Positions 13,101 to 25,100 of a stretch of 64,000 nt of DNA are shown piece by piece. The notes beneath the pieces were generated by a model. It saw only the letters and a program-made list of their open reading frames with translations, had not been told where the DNA came from and searched no databases. A program made the position numbers and the translations under genes. Each line of letters begins with the position of its first letter. Position 1 is the stretch's first letter. The stretch covers positions 541,267 through 605,266 of the forward strand of contig NMRA01000091.1 of the NCBI GenBank assembly GCA_002633005.1. The letters run 5' to 3'. The DNA comes from Phoronis australis (taxonomy: Eukaryota; Animalia; Phoronida).

Positions 13101-16100
13101 GCTTTAAACATCTAAACATTTCCGCTTTTACGCCAAAGAGAAAAAATTATTCCAGACTAGAAATGATATATGATGTTTTCAAAAGGAACGATGGAAATGG
13201 CTGTTTTGCTTTGCAGCTGCAACTATAGCCGTGACAGAATGGCGTACGAAGTTCCGTCGTAAGATGAACATCTTAGACAACGAACGTAATGCCAAGGGTG
13301 TCGATTCATTGCTAAACTTTGAAACTGTAAGTTAAAAGCTTATATTTTGAAAAGAGATATAAGCCCCAATTATTGACGAACTACTCGATGTGCTTTTTAT
13401 TTTCAAAGTTATCAATTTTTCAGGAATCTCGAACTTTTTTGATGCAATAACTGCGAAATTACTTTGTTCTCTCGAAGGATTTTTTAATGAAAAAATGAAA
13501 TCCGGAGAATTCCACCACAAGGAATGGCATGGACGAGTCAGATCGCTTTGATGAAAATAATTCCCGGCCATTAGCAATCTCAAAAATATTTTTCAAAATC
13601 TATCGTTTAGTTCGTTTTCACTTTCACACAGTGAAGCGGCAAATTTTGCACGAAACTTTTTTAAAATCTAATTCTGATTGGAACAGCGCGAATACAAACA
13701 TGTTCACGACCAACTTTTCGTTTTTAGTTAAAAGCAACATCTTGAAAAATAACAGATTGAAACAAATTAAATTTGTTCTGATTTTTGCGGCCAAATACAT
13801 GAATATGGTATTCTTTTACTGCATTTCCCTTTTACAAAACGCAAAAGTCTTGCCCAGCTTAAATTAACCGTCCATGTAACATATAAGACTTGTATGTAGC
13901 TATCCGCAATACTGCGTACGGTCAATGATTAAACAATACGGACGTGGTGTGCGTTCGTTATTCAAGACTCCAAGGAAAGTTTTAAATGTTGTAACAATGA
14001 ACGTGCTTCTTTATTCGGTTACAGGTGAAATATTACGGGTCTGCTGACTTTGAATCCGAGCGCTACGACAAGGCTATATTGACCTATCAGGATGCTGAGT
14101 GGCTCTCCACTGCTACGTTTAATCTGCTTAGCACAATACAGAACTTAATCATTACCGCAGGTTTGGCCGCGGGCTCCCTGCTCTGCACTTGGTGAGTTTG
14201 CTGGTATCGCGGGGTTAGCGGGGCCAAAGTATCTGATTGGCTTAAAAGCCGGAAGTCGAAAACCAATCGGATACGTTTAATAGTGATCAAGTACATTTTA
14301 AATTTAAGCTTAAGCTCACTTAGGGTTCGGGCATAACTTAGAAGTCAACAGAACACAAAACGTGACAGAATCTAACAAACAAAATTGCATGCGCTTATTA
14401 ATAAACACAAATTTAATCCCAGAAAGAACTCCTCACTTCGGCAATCCTTGTATGTGTTTCATAAAATTTAATGTTTAATATTCTTTTTTCCAATGCCTCA
14501 AAGAAGCTTTTCCACACTCGAGCATTCATAAAAACTGAAAAAGCACGTACTCGTTTCTAAATAAGGTCGTTCCAAAGACTTGTACCCGGCACTATAAAAT
14601 TGAAACATTTTGATTACAGATAAGCAGCTATAACTATGTTATAACAGAGAAAATAAATCAACATGACACTTAAACAGACGTATAAAATATCATTCAATAC
14701 TAATGTCTCGTAAGTGCCATGAACTTTTGAGGCGTGTAAGCAAATTCAATATTAGCCTGGATGCTGTTTCGGAAATTCTTGAAAAACGTAGAAACATGTT
14801 GTCCCGATGGGATGTATGGCCGCGCCTCGATTAACGAGAGCATATTTGTGTGCGGCTTGTATTGATTGATGAGCGCTGAAGTTAAAGCGTGCTCTTGCAC
14901 TTCACCAATAGAGAGTCCAAAGTGAAGATATATTCGAAACGCGTAGCCACAGAATACAACGAGGAACCGGAAAAGTTCCAACATAAACCATCACTCGAAT
15001 ACTAGAGTCCAAACATATTGGCGCTTTGCAAAATTACGTTCATTTGTGCGACTATACTTGAAGTCACAGTTTTTCTCACACACTTACCAAGTCAAAGAAG
15101 ATGAACAAACAAACTGTAATAAAGAATTTACAATATAATTGAAAATTTTTCATTTTCTTTTATATTTAAAGTGAGGTACACTATAAACTCCAGCACTTTC
15201 CGTCACATAAACTAACTTTTTGTTTTGACCATTCAACGTAATGAAATTATTTCCAGATTGCTCCTGGTCAAATTAGAGTTGATTATACGGTTAGAAAGAA
15301 CTGATGGTTATTTAGTATCCGTACCGGGCTCAGAGAATTGGCTTGTGTCACGTGGGGGTCCTTTTATGCGCCTCACATGCTCGCAGGCACTATCTGTCAG
15401 TTTTTTCCAAGCGCAGAATTCACTTCTTCTCTCATTTAGAAATAGTTTTACAGGTACAGGTGGTCAAAATCAAACGTTAGTTTTTCATAGTTAAGATCAC
15501 ATGCACGTGCACGCACGCACGCAAGCACACATCCCATAACTAAACATTGAACTGTATTTTAGAAGTTTGTTCAATCACCAGTAACTTAATTGTGTTTCAG
15601 GTATGTCCTGAGCGGTGAGCCAGTGTTTGGACACGTCTACACTGTTGGAGACTTTGTCTTGTTTGCTACCTACATTGTGCAACTGTATGGACCACTCAAC
15701 TGGTTCGGCTCTTACTACAGGTATAAAAATGAGAAAGTTCGATTTTGAATAGAGCACGTTGCTCGAATAGAAGGAGATGTAGGAAAAGTCTGTTTCATGA
15801 TTTGTTATTTCACAGCCTTTGGAACCCGCTTAAGTCTTGAAATTAGTCAGCGTTTCAGAGAAACAGACTATCCTGCATTTTTGCTATATCAAGCATGCAC
15901 GCACCCAGCCTAAAATGGGGTCTCGAGTTCTTGAGGATGTAGATCTTCAACTAAGATTCACAGTGTACGTTCAGAGCTATGTATTGTGCATTCGCCGAAT
16001 TTTGGTAGTCCCTGTTTTTTTAGTGGATTTGTGTCTCGTTTTCTTTTTTTTCGTAGTTTTTGTTTCTCTGAGACGGACCTTTTTGCTCACTTCGCCAAAT

Positions 16101-19100
16101 GGGGGGCGAGGAAAAGGAGGAGGGGGGGTCCCTTCCAGCCCCCCAGAGGAGGGGCTTATTCCAGCCCCCGCTCCCCTCTGGGTGCGTGCATGTCAAGTCT
16201 CTTAACTTTCTGAGGAACTGTTATTCAAAAACTGTAGAAATGTTCGTAAAATGTGATTAAATTGCATACTTTCACGCCAATTGCAACTTACTGTTGTTCC
16301 CACAACTATCAATTGTATTCCACGACTGGTGTAAAACAAACAGTAGCATTTTTATTGATTTCCCTTTCAGAATGATTCAGCAAGCTTTTGTAGATATGGA
16401 GAACATGTTCGATTTGCTTAATCAAAAGCAGGAGGTTTGTTGTACCTGAAATCAAAACCCATTTTAAACTTACTAGTTGTGGAAGATTACCACGGAGGAT
16501 GTAAATAAATCAACTAGCATGTATTGATCAAGTGATATGCTTTGTAACCATATTAGTTCAGTTTTCGTCTACTGTTTGGGATATTTTGTTACTTGTGAGC
16601 TATAGACCTGGCCAAATATATGGCTAAAGTATGAATTCGAAAATGCATTTATCCTAATGTTAAAGGGACATTGATGGTTTTATGACCGAAAACTTCTATT
16701 TGTGAGCATTATTGGTTGAGATAGACTTCTTAAACTGGCGAGCGCAACTGGTCAGAATCCAACCTGGTTTCTTTAGCTGGAAACAATAAATTCGTTGTTT
16801 TATGATTTTATTACAATTCGCCAACCCCCAACGTTGTCTGTCAGACATTCGCTGAGATCAAGGCTGGTGACTGATCAATTAATTACGCTTAAAATTGCTT
16901 ATTTGTCAATTGGAATTCATTAACTCCGAAAGCAGAACGTTCCAAACGCCAGTAGCTGTGGCCGCGGGGATTTCAGTTTCAATTACGCGCTGAGGCTTAT
17001 CTAAGAAAATTACCTTTCTCTTCAATAATGTCCTTTTAATGCATGCTCAGAATTTTTAAATTATTACAAGTTCACGAGAAGTGCAAGCTCTATGATGAAG
17101 CTCTCTTAACATGTAAACTGACTGAGATCAAAGTGTGAAGATAAACTTTCTTTTTTGACAGGTGAAAGATATACGCGCGGCCCCGGATTTGATGATTACG
17201 AGTGGAACGATTGAGTTCAGCCATGTTAGCTTCCATTACGAGCCTTCGTGAGTGTGATCATCATTTGTATGCACTTCTAATTAACCTTGCGTACACTGTA
17301 TTGTGACGTTTAGTGGTAGGGGAACTTGGCGTCATGTAAATATGGGGTTTCATGCGTACCGCTCTTCTAGGCATAAAGAGGAACAGTCGGTTTTAGGGCC
17401 GAAATTTTACTTATCGGATTATTGTTGGGTAGTATAGATTTCTTGAAGTCATTGGATTTGATCAGAGTTATATAACAATAAAATCCGCTGTGTTTTGTGA
17501 TTTAAGTTTTTGCATTCTACTCTCGTCTTCCAAAAAAAGCTCGACTTGCATGGCTGTTAACAGGATACTTGTAGCTTATTTTGAAAAGACTCTTGTTTTC
17601 AGCGTTTGACTAATTAACCGATTAACTTCCCCGCTGAGTCTCAAAATAAAAAAAGAAAACAAAAAAAACAAGTGATCACTTTGAAATACTGATGCGAACT
17701 TGTCACTTTCATGGGCGCACCCGGGGGGGGGGTACTCGAATGAGGTCCCCAATTTGGCGAATTGGGCAAAAGGGTCCCCCTCAGTGAAACAAAAAGTCGG
17801 AGCACACGAGACAAAAGTCCACAAAGTCGACAGGAATTCGGCGCGGATGCACAATTCGTTGGCCTGAACCTAGTGGCGCCGTTTTTTTAGTCCTCGTTGG
17901 TATTTTTCAGTAGAAGGTCCGCGTTCCGAAAAATTCAAGCCCCCTATATTTTATGATGGGTGCGCGCATGGGAATAGCCAAATTCTCTTTAGAAATCCGA
18001 CAACCTGGTAATTGTAAATGTTAACCAAATCAGTTTTGGGGGTTACACCTATAACCACGCTGATGTGTTTTCGGACATCATGCCTGGCCTCTAAAAATTA
18101 CTTACATTTGCGCGAGACAAAGTGAGCTTACAAGTGACGTGGTACCCAAAGGTCACGTGGTTCAACAGAGAAGTCGTATGTTACGGTCGATCATCGGTCT
18201 ATGTTTAAAAAATGGCCAAAAGCAAAAGAGAAACACGTTCACATAGAAAAATCGAAGTTTTTTTCATGAGAAAAAAGACAGCAAAAACAACACTTGACAT
18301 GTTTGTTGTATGAGGTAAAATTCGTCAGTGTAATCATAGATTATAGACAAAGGATTCGCAACTCTGACATTTTCTTTCCTACTTTCCAAGAAACGGCGCC
18401 ACGCTCCTCAATTATCTGGTTCATTTTCCAGTTAATGTATTGTGGCGGGAAATTTTCGCATCTATTTTACTGTCCAGTAAGAAAGCAAAATAATACTTAC
18501 GGCATTGAAACGCTGTTCAAAATCTTAAAATAGTAGGTAGAACTGTTGGTATCGTGAGCACTTTTAGCAATGCTACTACCACCCGACCACACAACGGCCG
18601 ACCACCAGACGACGTACTTGCCGGAAATCACACTAGATAATTGGGCCAGGTGTCGGTAATGAATAGTGACCTAACGATGAGCGGACGAGCACAGATTTCA
18701 TCCATTGAAAGTATACGGAATTGGCGGTCTATGTACTATAGTCTATGGTGTAGTTCTGTTCAAATTTTCGTATTTCAGTCACGTTTCATGTTATTGAGAG
18801 AAGCCAACGTGCTTGATGTTTTGAACATTCAACAAAAGGCTAATCCATAGCTTATGCCTAGAATTTCTACAACGAACAAGCAACAAGTAGTCGTACATAA
18901 AGATAATCCGAGAAATTCTTCCTAACCCATTCCATAGATATAACTTTGGTAGTCCAAAAAGTCACAAAAACTAGCTTTCGTGAGAAATTTGCTACACAGG
19001 CGACATCAGATTTTTGAGTGATGCACCCTGCGAGTTAATGAATTTGAGTGTTTAGTACTGAATTCGGCTAGCAATCGTCTTAAAGGGTTTACGTAATAAC

Positions 19101-22100
19101 ACAACTCATTTCTTCACCATGGCTTTAAGTGAAAATAAAAATGGCCGCGAGCCGATAGATATCCGGGAGTGATCTTTTGATGACTTGGAAAGTTATAATT
19201 CGCGAGAATAGCTCAAAATAACACGTGAATATATGTGTGGAGTGTGCTATATTATTTCCACTTTCAGGCAAGTTTCACTAACCACAGGGACAAGTAAACA
19301 ACTTCAAGTGTTGGTTGAAAATCCATAATTTGTGTAGCTTTCAGTGTGTGCACACGATATATGACAGAGTCTGTCGAAGTCATTCTATTGTGGCTAAATT
19401 AATGAGCCCCAAGGAAACAACAACAACAACAACAACAAAAAAACTCTGAAAATGACTCAGATATAGACATTTGTTTCCCCCTCCCATATTCTTCCAACGT
19501 CCAGTTTCATAATCTTCTGTTTGCAGTCGACCTATTCTTAAAGACGTTTCATTTCTGGTTGCACCTGGGCAGACGTTTGCCTTGGTTGGACACACAGGCT
19601 CTGGAAAAAGTACAGTGATCAGACTACTGTTCAGGTTCTATGACCTCCAGGAAGGGGTCATCAGGATTGATGGACAGGATATCAGCAAGGTGGGTGGAGC
19701 TTTAGTGAAAAAGCAGGTTCTGGAATTTGACCTATCGCCAGGATTATGACGGACGGCTTAATTGACCAATCAGAACGCAGCATTCTTGGCACACCTTCGT
19801 CTGCGTTTCCAAGCCGCCATTTTACCCGACAAACCACACGTAGTCGAGTAAAACTTACTTTAGTCTATAGCTCAAGAAATTGTCCGCTAAGAATGGGGAA
19901 ACGGTGTTGATATAGCGTGTGTAGCACCGACAGCCGTTACGCTGCTTCAGAATAATATCCCGTCATCTTTTGGCTTGTCCTAAGCCGAAAAATGATGTTG
20001 AGAAGCGTAAACTAAGAAGTGTAAAGCCACACGAGCAGCTGAACTTAGCGTTGTTGCTTGACAACTCGAAGGCTATAATGAACACAAATATATTAGTTCC
20101 AAGATACGCACTTTTCAGCTTGGTGGCTGTGGTGCAGGGCTATCTCAGATTTTGACTCCGGAGTTTCCTACGTCTGGCCGCCTTTGTCTCGGCACCTGCT
20201 GGATCTCAGCACTCTAGCGGTAGTACCCGGAAATTGTTGTTTTCAAGGACATTTTTATTTTATGTTTTTTTTTATTTATTTCAACCTAATGGACATTATT
20301 TTGTTTCGTATCAGAGGTACATTTTTGTTATTCATAAACCGTAGGCTGGCGTTCAACTGAACTTCTCTCCCGGTCAAAATTCATAGATTCGATCGGCACA
20401 GGTGAGAGGTTTTTGTAGTGTACGTTTTTTAAAATAACGGAAACCGTTTTTGTATTATTATGCCTTGAGGAAATGAAAAGTTTACAGGTCCAATACGTGA
20501 NACTCAGATATAGACATTTGTTTCCCCCTCCCTAGGCATATTCTTCCAACGTCCAGTTTCACAATCTTTTGTTTGCAGTCGACCTATTCTTAAAGACGTT
20601 TCATTTCTGGTTGCACCTGGGCAGACGTTTGCCTTGGTTGGACACACAGGCTCTGGCAAAAGTACAGTGATCAGACTACTGTTCAGGTTCTATGACCTGC
20701 AGGAAGGGGTCATCAGGATTGATGGACAGGATATCAGCAAGGTGGGTGGAGCTTTAGTGAAAAACCAGGTTCTGAAATTTGACCTATCGCCAGGATTATG
20801 ACGGACGGCTTAATTGACCAATCAGAACGCAGCATTCTTGGAACACCTTCGTCTGCGTTTCCAAGCCGCCATTTTACCCAACAAACCACACGTAGTCGAG
20901 TAAAACTTACTTTAGTCTATAGCTCAAGAAATTGTCCGCTAAGAATGGGGAAGACGGTGTTGATATAGCGTGTGTAGCACCGACAGCCGTTACGCTGCTT
21001 CAGAATAATATCCCGTCATTTTTTGGCTTGTCCTAAGCCGAAAAATGATGTTGAAAAGCGTAAACTAAGAAGTGTACGGCCACACGAGCAGCTGAACTTA
21101 GCGTTGTTGCTTGATAACTCGAAGGCTATAATGAACACAAATAGTTCCAAGATACGCACTTTTCAGCTTGGTGGGTGTGGTGCAGGGCTATCTCAGATTT
21201 TGACTCCGGAGTTTCCTACGTCTGGCCGCCTTTGTCTCGGCACCTGCTGGATCTCAGCACTCTAGCGGTAGTACCCGGAAATTGTTGTTTTCAAAGACAT
21301 TTTTATTTTATGCTTTTTTTCATTTATTTCAACCTAATGGACATTATTTTGTTTCGTATCAGAGGTACATTTTTGTTATTCATAAACCGTAGGCTGGCGT
21401 TCAACTGAACTTCTCTCGCGGTCAAAATTCAGAGATTCGATCGGCACAGGTGAGAAGTTTTTGTAGTGTACGTTTTTTAAAATAGCAGAAACCGTTTTTG
21501 TATTATTATGCCGTGAGGAAATGAAAAGTTTACAGGTCCAATACGTGAAAAATAGTTTAAGCATGCGGAAAATGATTAAACCACATAAAACATATTGTTA
21601 CTGCTCTTTGATAGAGTTTCCCAAGTAATCCTGAAAAGGGTGTTCTTTGACTTTGATCAAGTTACGAAAACATACAATTTGCATTTATTACTCGTTATGA
21701 TGCCTACTGAAAAGTAACACCCTCTGAGAATGACCCTCCAGGTTCTCATCTTATACAATCATACAGAAAAATCAGGAACCCCAACTGGGAATCGAACCAC
21801 TGAGTGGTGAGAACACTAGACCGGCAATCTAGAGGCCTGTGGTTCGATTCTCAGTTGGGGTTCATGATTTTTCTGTGTTTATTTGATATATTACACTACT
21901 GGCGTCTATATATTTACTATATCTAATTAACACATACTGGTTAATTGCTGATTGTATATATAATTGTCTAAGTCTCGTGTGAAAAAGGCGAAACGCCGCT
22001 CATCCGATGTATGATTTAACTGTTGGCTGTAAACAGTAATTGCACAGATATCGGGTCCTCAGTAACTCAGTGGTGAGACCACTAGAGACCTATGGTTCTA

Positions 22101-25100
22101 TTCCCAGTTGGAGTTCCTGATTTTTCTGTGTTTATTTGATGTATTTCACTACTGGCCAACCTCAGCGTCTATATATTTACACTCATTCAATTTTGACTCA
22201 TGGCAATTAAATATTAGCAATTTCTAAGAGGAAGGCAATGTCTGTGCAGTTAATATAAAATGGATTGTGGGGTCTTGTTGGTTTTCATTTGTAAAATTGA
22301 ATGTGTTGATAACATTCGTATGCTTTAAAGAGACTTAAAAATCACTTATGTTGCATCGATTGGAATCCCTGTGAAACGAATCCTTTACAGGTAAGCCAAG
22401 AATCTCTTCGTAAAGCAATAGGAGTTGTGCCCCAGGATACAGTACTCTTCAATAACGATATCAGGTAGTGTATAATTGGGCTGTTACAAATCAGCTTGTT
22501 GATATGGTGTAAATAAGAATCATTTGTCTTCTTACAAGGCCTAGGCTGGTGACCCATGGTTACTTCTGAAAAGATCTCTGGCCCAACCAGGGCTCGAACC
22601 CGGGACTTTCTGGTAACCATGCACCATAGGTCATGTGATGGGACCAACAAAAGGCGTGTGAGAAGACTAATAATTCGTACCCATCCGGTAGTGTTTCCAG
22701 CAAACAAATATACACCAATTGCTTAGTACTAAATGAGACCCGTGTAAAAGGAACTAGAAATCTTTGTTTATCATGCTTGTATTTTTGACATATACATTGT
22801 GTACTGCCTCCTAGGAATTGCCTATATTGTGTGTAACCGTTTGGGTATTCAGGTGACTTATGAGCCCAAGAGGGTGGGGATGTGTTTCATGAAAAGTATA
22901 TTTGTTTTTGCATGGCATTCTGCGCTGCACCCATGTCACTATAACAAAAACAGATATATCTACTGCCTTTGAGACCCTTTGCCACTCCATGCAATGGTTG
23001 CAAGTGCAACACAGAAAACTGTGCTTGTGTTTAAATTGCAGTGAAATGCTCACATAACTATTTTAGCATATCACTGTCACTAAGCTTGTGAATGAGTTCT
23101 CGGGTTCTAAAATTGGGGTTCAAATCGAGCTTAACGTTCTCATCAAAATTTAGTAAAAAGTAATATTTCGAAAAAAAGTAATGTATTTCAAGCACCATTT
23201 AGGCAAAATTCATTAAGTTCAGTTTAACCCTTCTTTGGCAGTCCTTTATTTCTTTTCATGCGCATATATGTGGTAGCCTATTGCGGTCACCTGTATCCGA
23301 GTAGGTAGCCGACGAACGGCGGCTGAAGTTTCCGTCGACCTTGCCTAAGTCTTTCGAAAAAGCAAGCTTTGTGAAACGCGATGCACTTTTTCCTACCCAA
23401 GAGAGTACCCGAGGTGATAGCCCTTTCCACGAGACTGAACGATTTGTCACTATCTACTGACAAAACGCTTGTCAAGCATTAGAAAGCCGCTAACCAAGCA
23501 CGTGGACTTCCTTAATGAACAGGAAGAGTAGGGGGGTGAACGGAAACGACGACGGAAAGGGGAAGTTGCAGTGGTAGGGAGCATGGCCCCCTTGTGTCCA
23601 ACGATGGAGGGGACGTGTAACTCTTGTGACTACAGTGGAGGAGACATGTCCCTCTTGTGCCCATGGTGAAATGCGCATGACACTCGTGTTCTCACGATGG
23701 ATCAGACAAGTGACCCTCTTGTGCCCGCGATGGACGGGACAGTGCCCTCATGTGTCCACGGTGGAGAAGTCTGTGACGAGATCACGCAAGACCAAGCGAA
23801 ACCATGCGAGTGAATAGTTCCACAATCCAGAATTTTTCGTCTGTTTCGATTTTAATGAGCCGAAAAGCGCATTAAGCTCTCCTCGTAGTTACATGTAAGT
23901 TGGCTTAAGATGCAGGTCGCTAAGGCTACATGGAACAAGTAAACAGCCCCACTGCTATAGCATTTGTAACTCACCACCGTGGGTGTACATGAACGTTCTT
24001 CTTGATAATGTGTGGTCTGTTGTTTCATTTTAGGTCTAATATCTCTATATCAATTTGTTATGTAGACATAAAATACACTGTATGTATTTTATTCAGTAGA
24101 CAAATAATCATTAGATAACAGTTTTCACAGAAGGTATACAAATGTTTTTTTCTTTGATACTTTTTTAACAGATACAACATTCGTTATGGACGTGTTACCG
24201 CTGAAGATGAAGAAGTGGACGATGCTGCAAGATATGCGGACATTCATGACAGAATATTGACATTTCCTGACGGTTAGTTGTTTTTTTTTGATTCGGCGAC
24301 TGACCTTTCAACAAACTAGTGAGTAGGTTCGCGCTCTGTTTCGTGTTTTTAGGGTTTGGCCCATGCCATATTAATTATACACCCGTCTTATGTCTCTCAT
24401 TTATTGTGTCAGCGATGACACAATCGTAATTCGACTTTTGAGGTTATTTGGTTGAAGGCAGTAAGGGTCTATCTGGAAGTTGTGTAAGACGTAAGAAACA
24501 CGAATTGCTCATAGAAAGAGTGGGCTATTACTCGACATTCTTAGAGTCACAGGTATGTGAACGTTGCGCACGTGCTATTGTGAACACAGACGAGAATCAG
24601 TGATAATGTCAAATCACTACCTTTAGGCTACAAGACCCTGGTTGGTGAGAGAGGTCTCAAGTTGAGTGGAGGAGAGAAACAAAGAGTGGCCATTGCCAGG
24701 ACTATACTGAAAGCCCCATCAATCGTTCTCATGGATGAGGTATACCGTTTTATGATTATCACAAATTATGTACTGTTGATGTGCAAGTTCGCCCAAGGTC
24801 AGGCATCCTTAGATACTCGATATTTATAGTCTATGATGCAACAAGTGTCTACACGATACGTTTCTCCCATACAACAGTGGTACACGTTCTCGTATATGAG
24901 AGGTTATAAAATAGGCTTTCATAATTTTTATGAAACAACTCAGAAGTTGCGTAAGTGTGAATGTACCTTTTCTGTTGACTAAATTTCTCTAAGGAGACGT
25001 GGCCACACAACCAATTAATGGCGGAATGGTATGAAGTCAATAATTGAATTTTAGAGGCTTTGGTTTGACTACTGCTGATTTAAAGCTTTTGGCTAAGTAT

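Noticed and set aside
21800-21865. Functional tRNA gene
   Set aside because: No acceptor stem or complete D-arm; the shared downstream tail indicates a SINE
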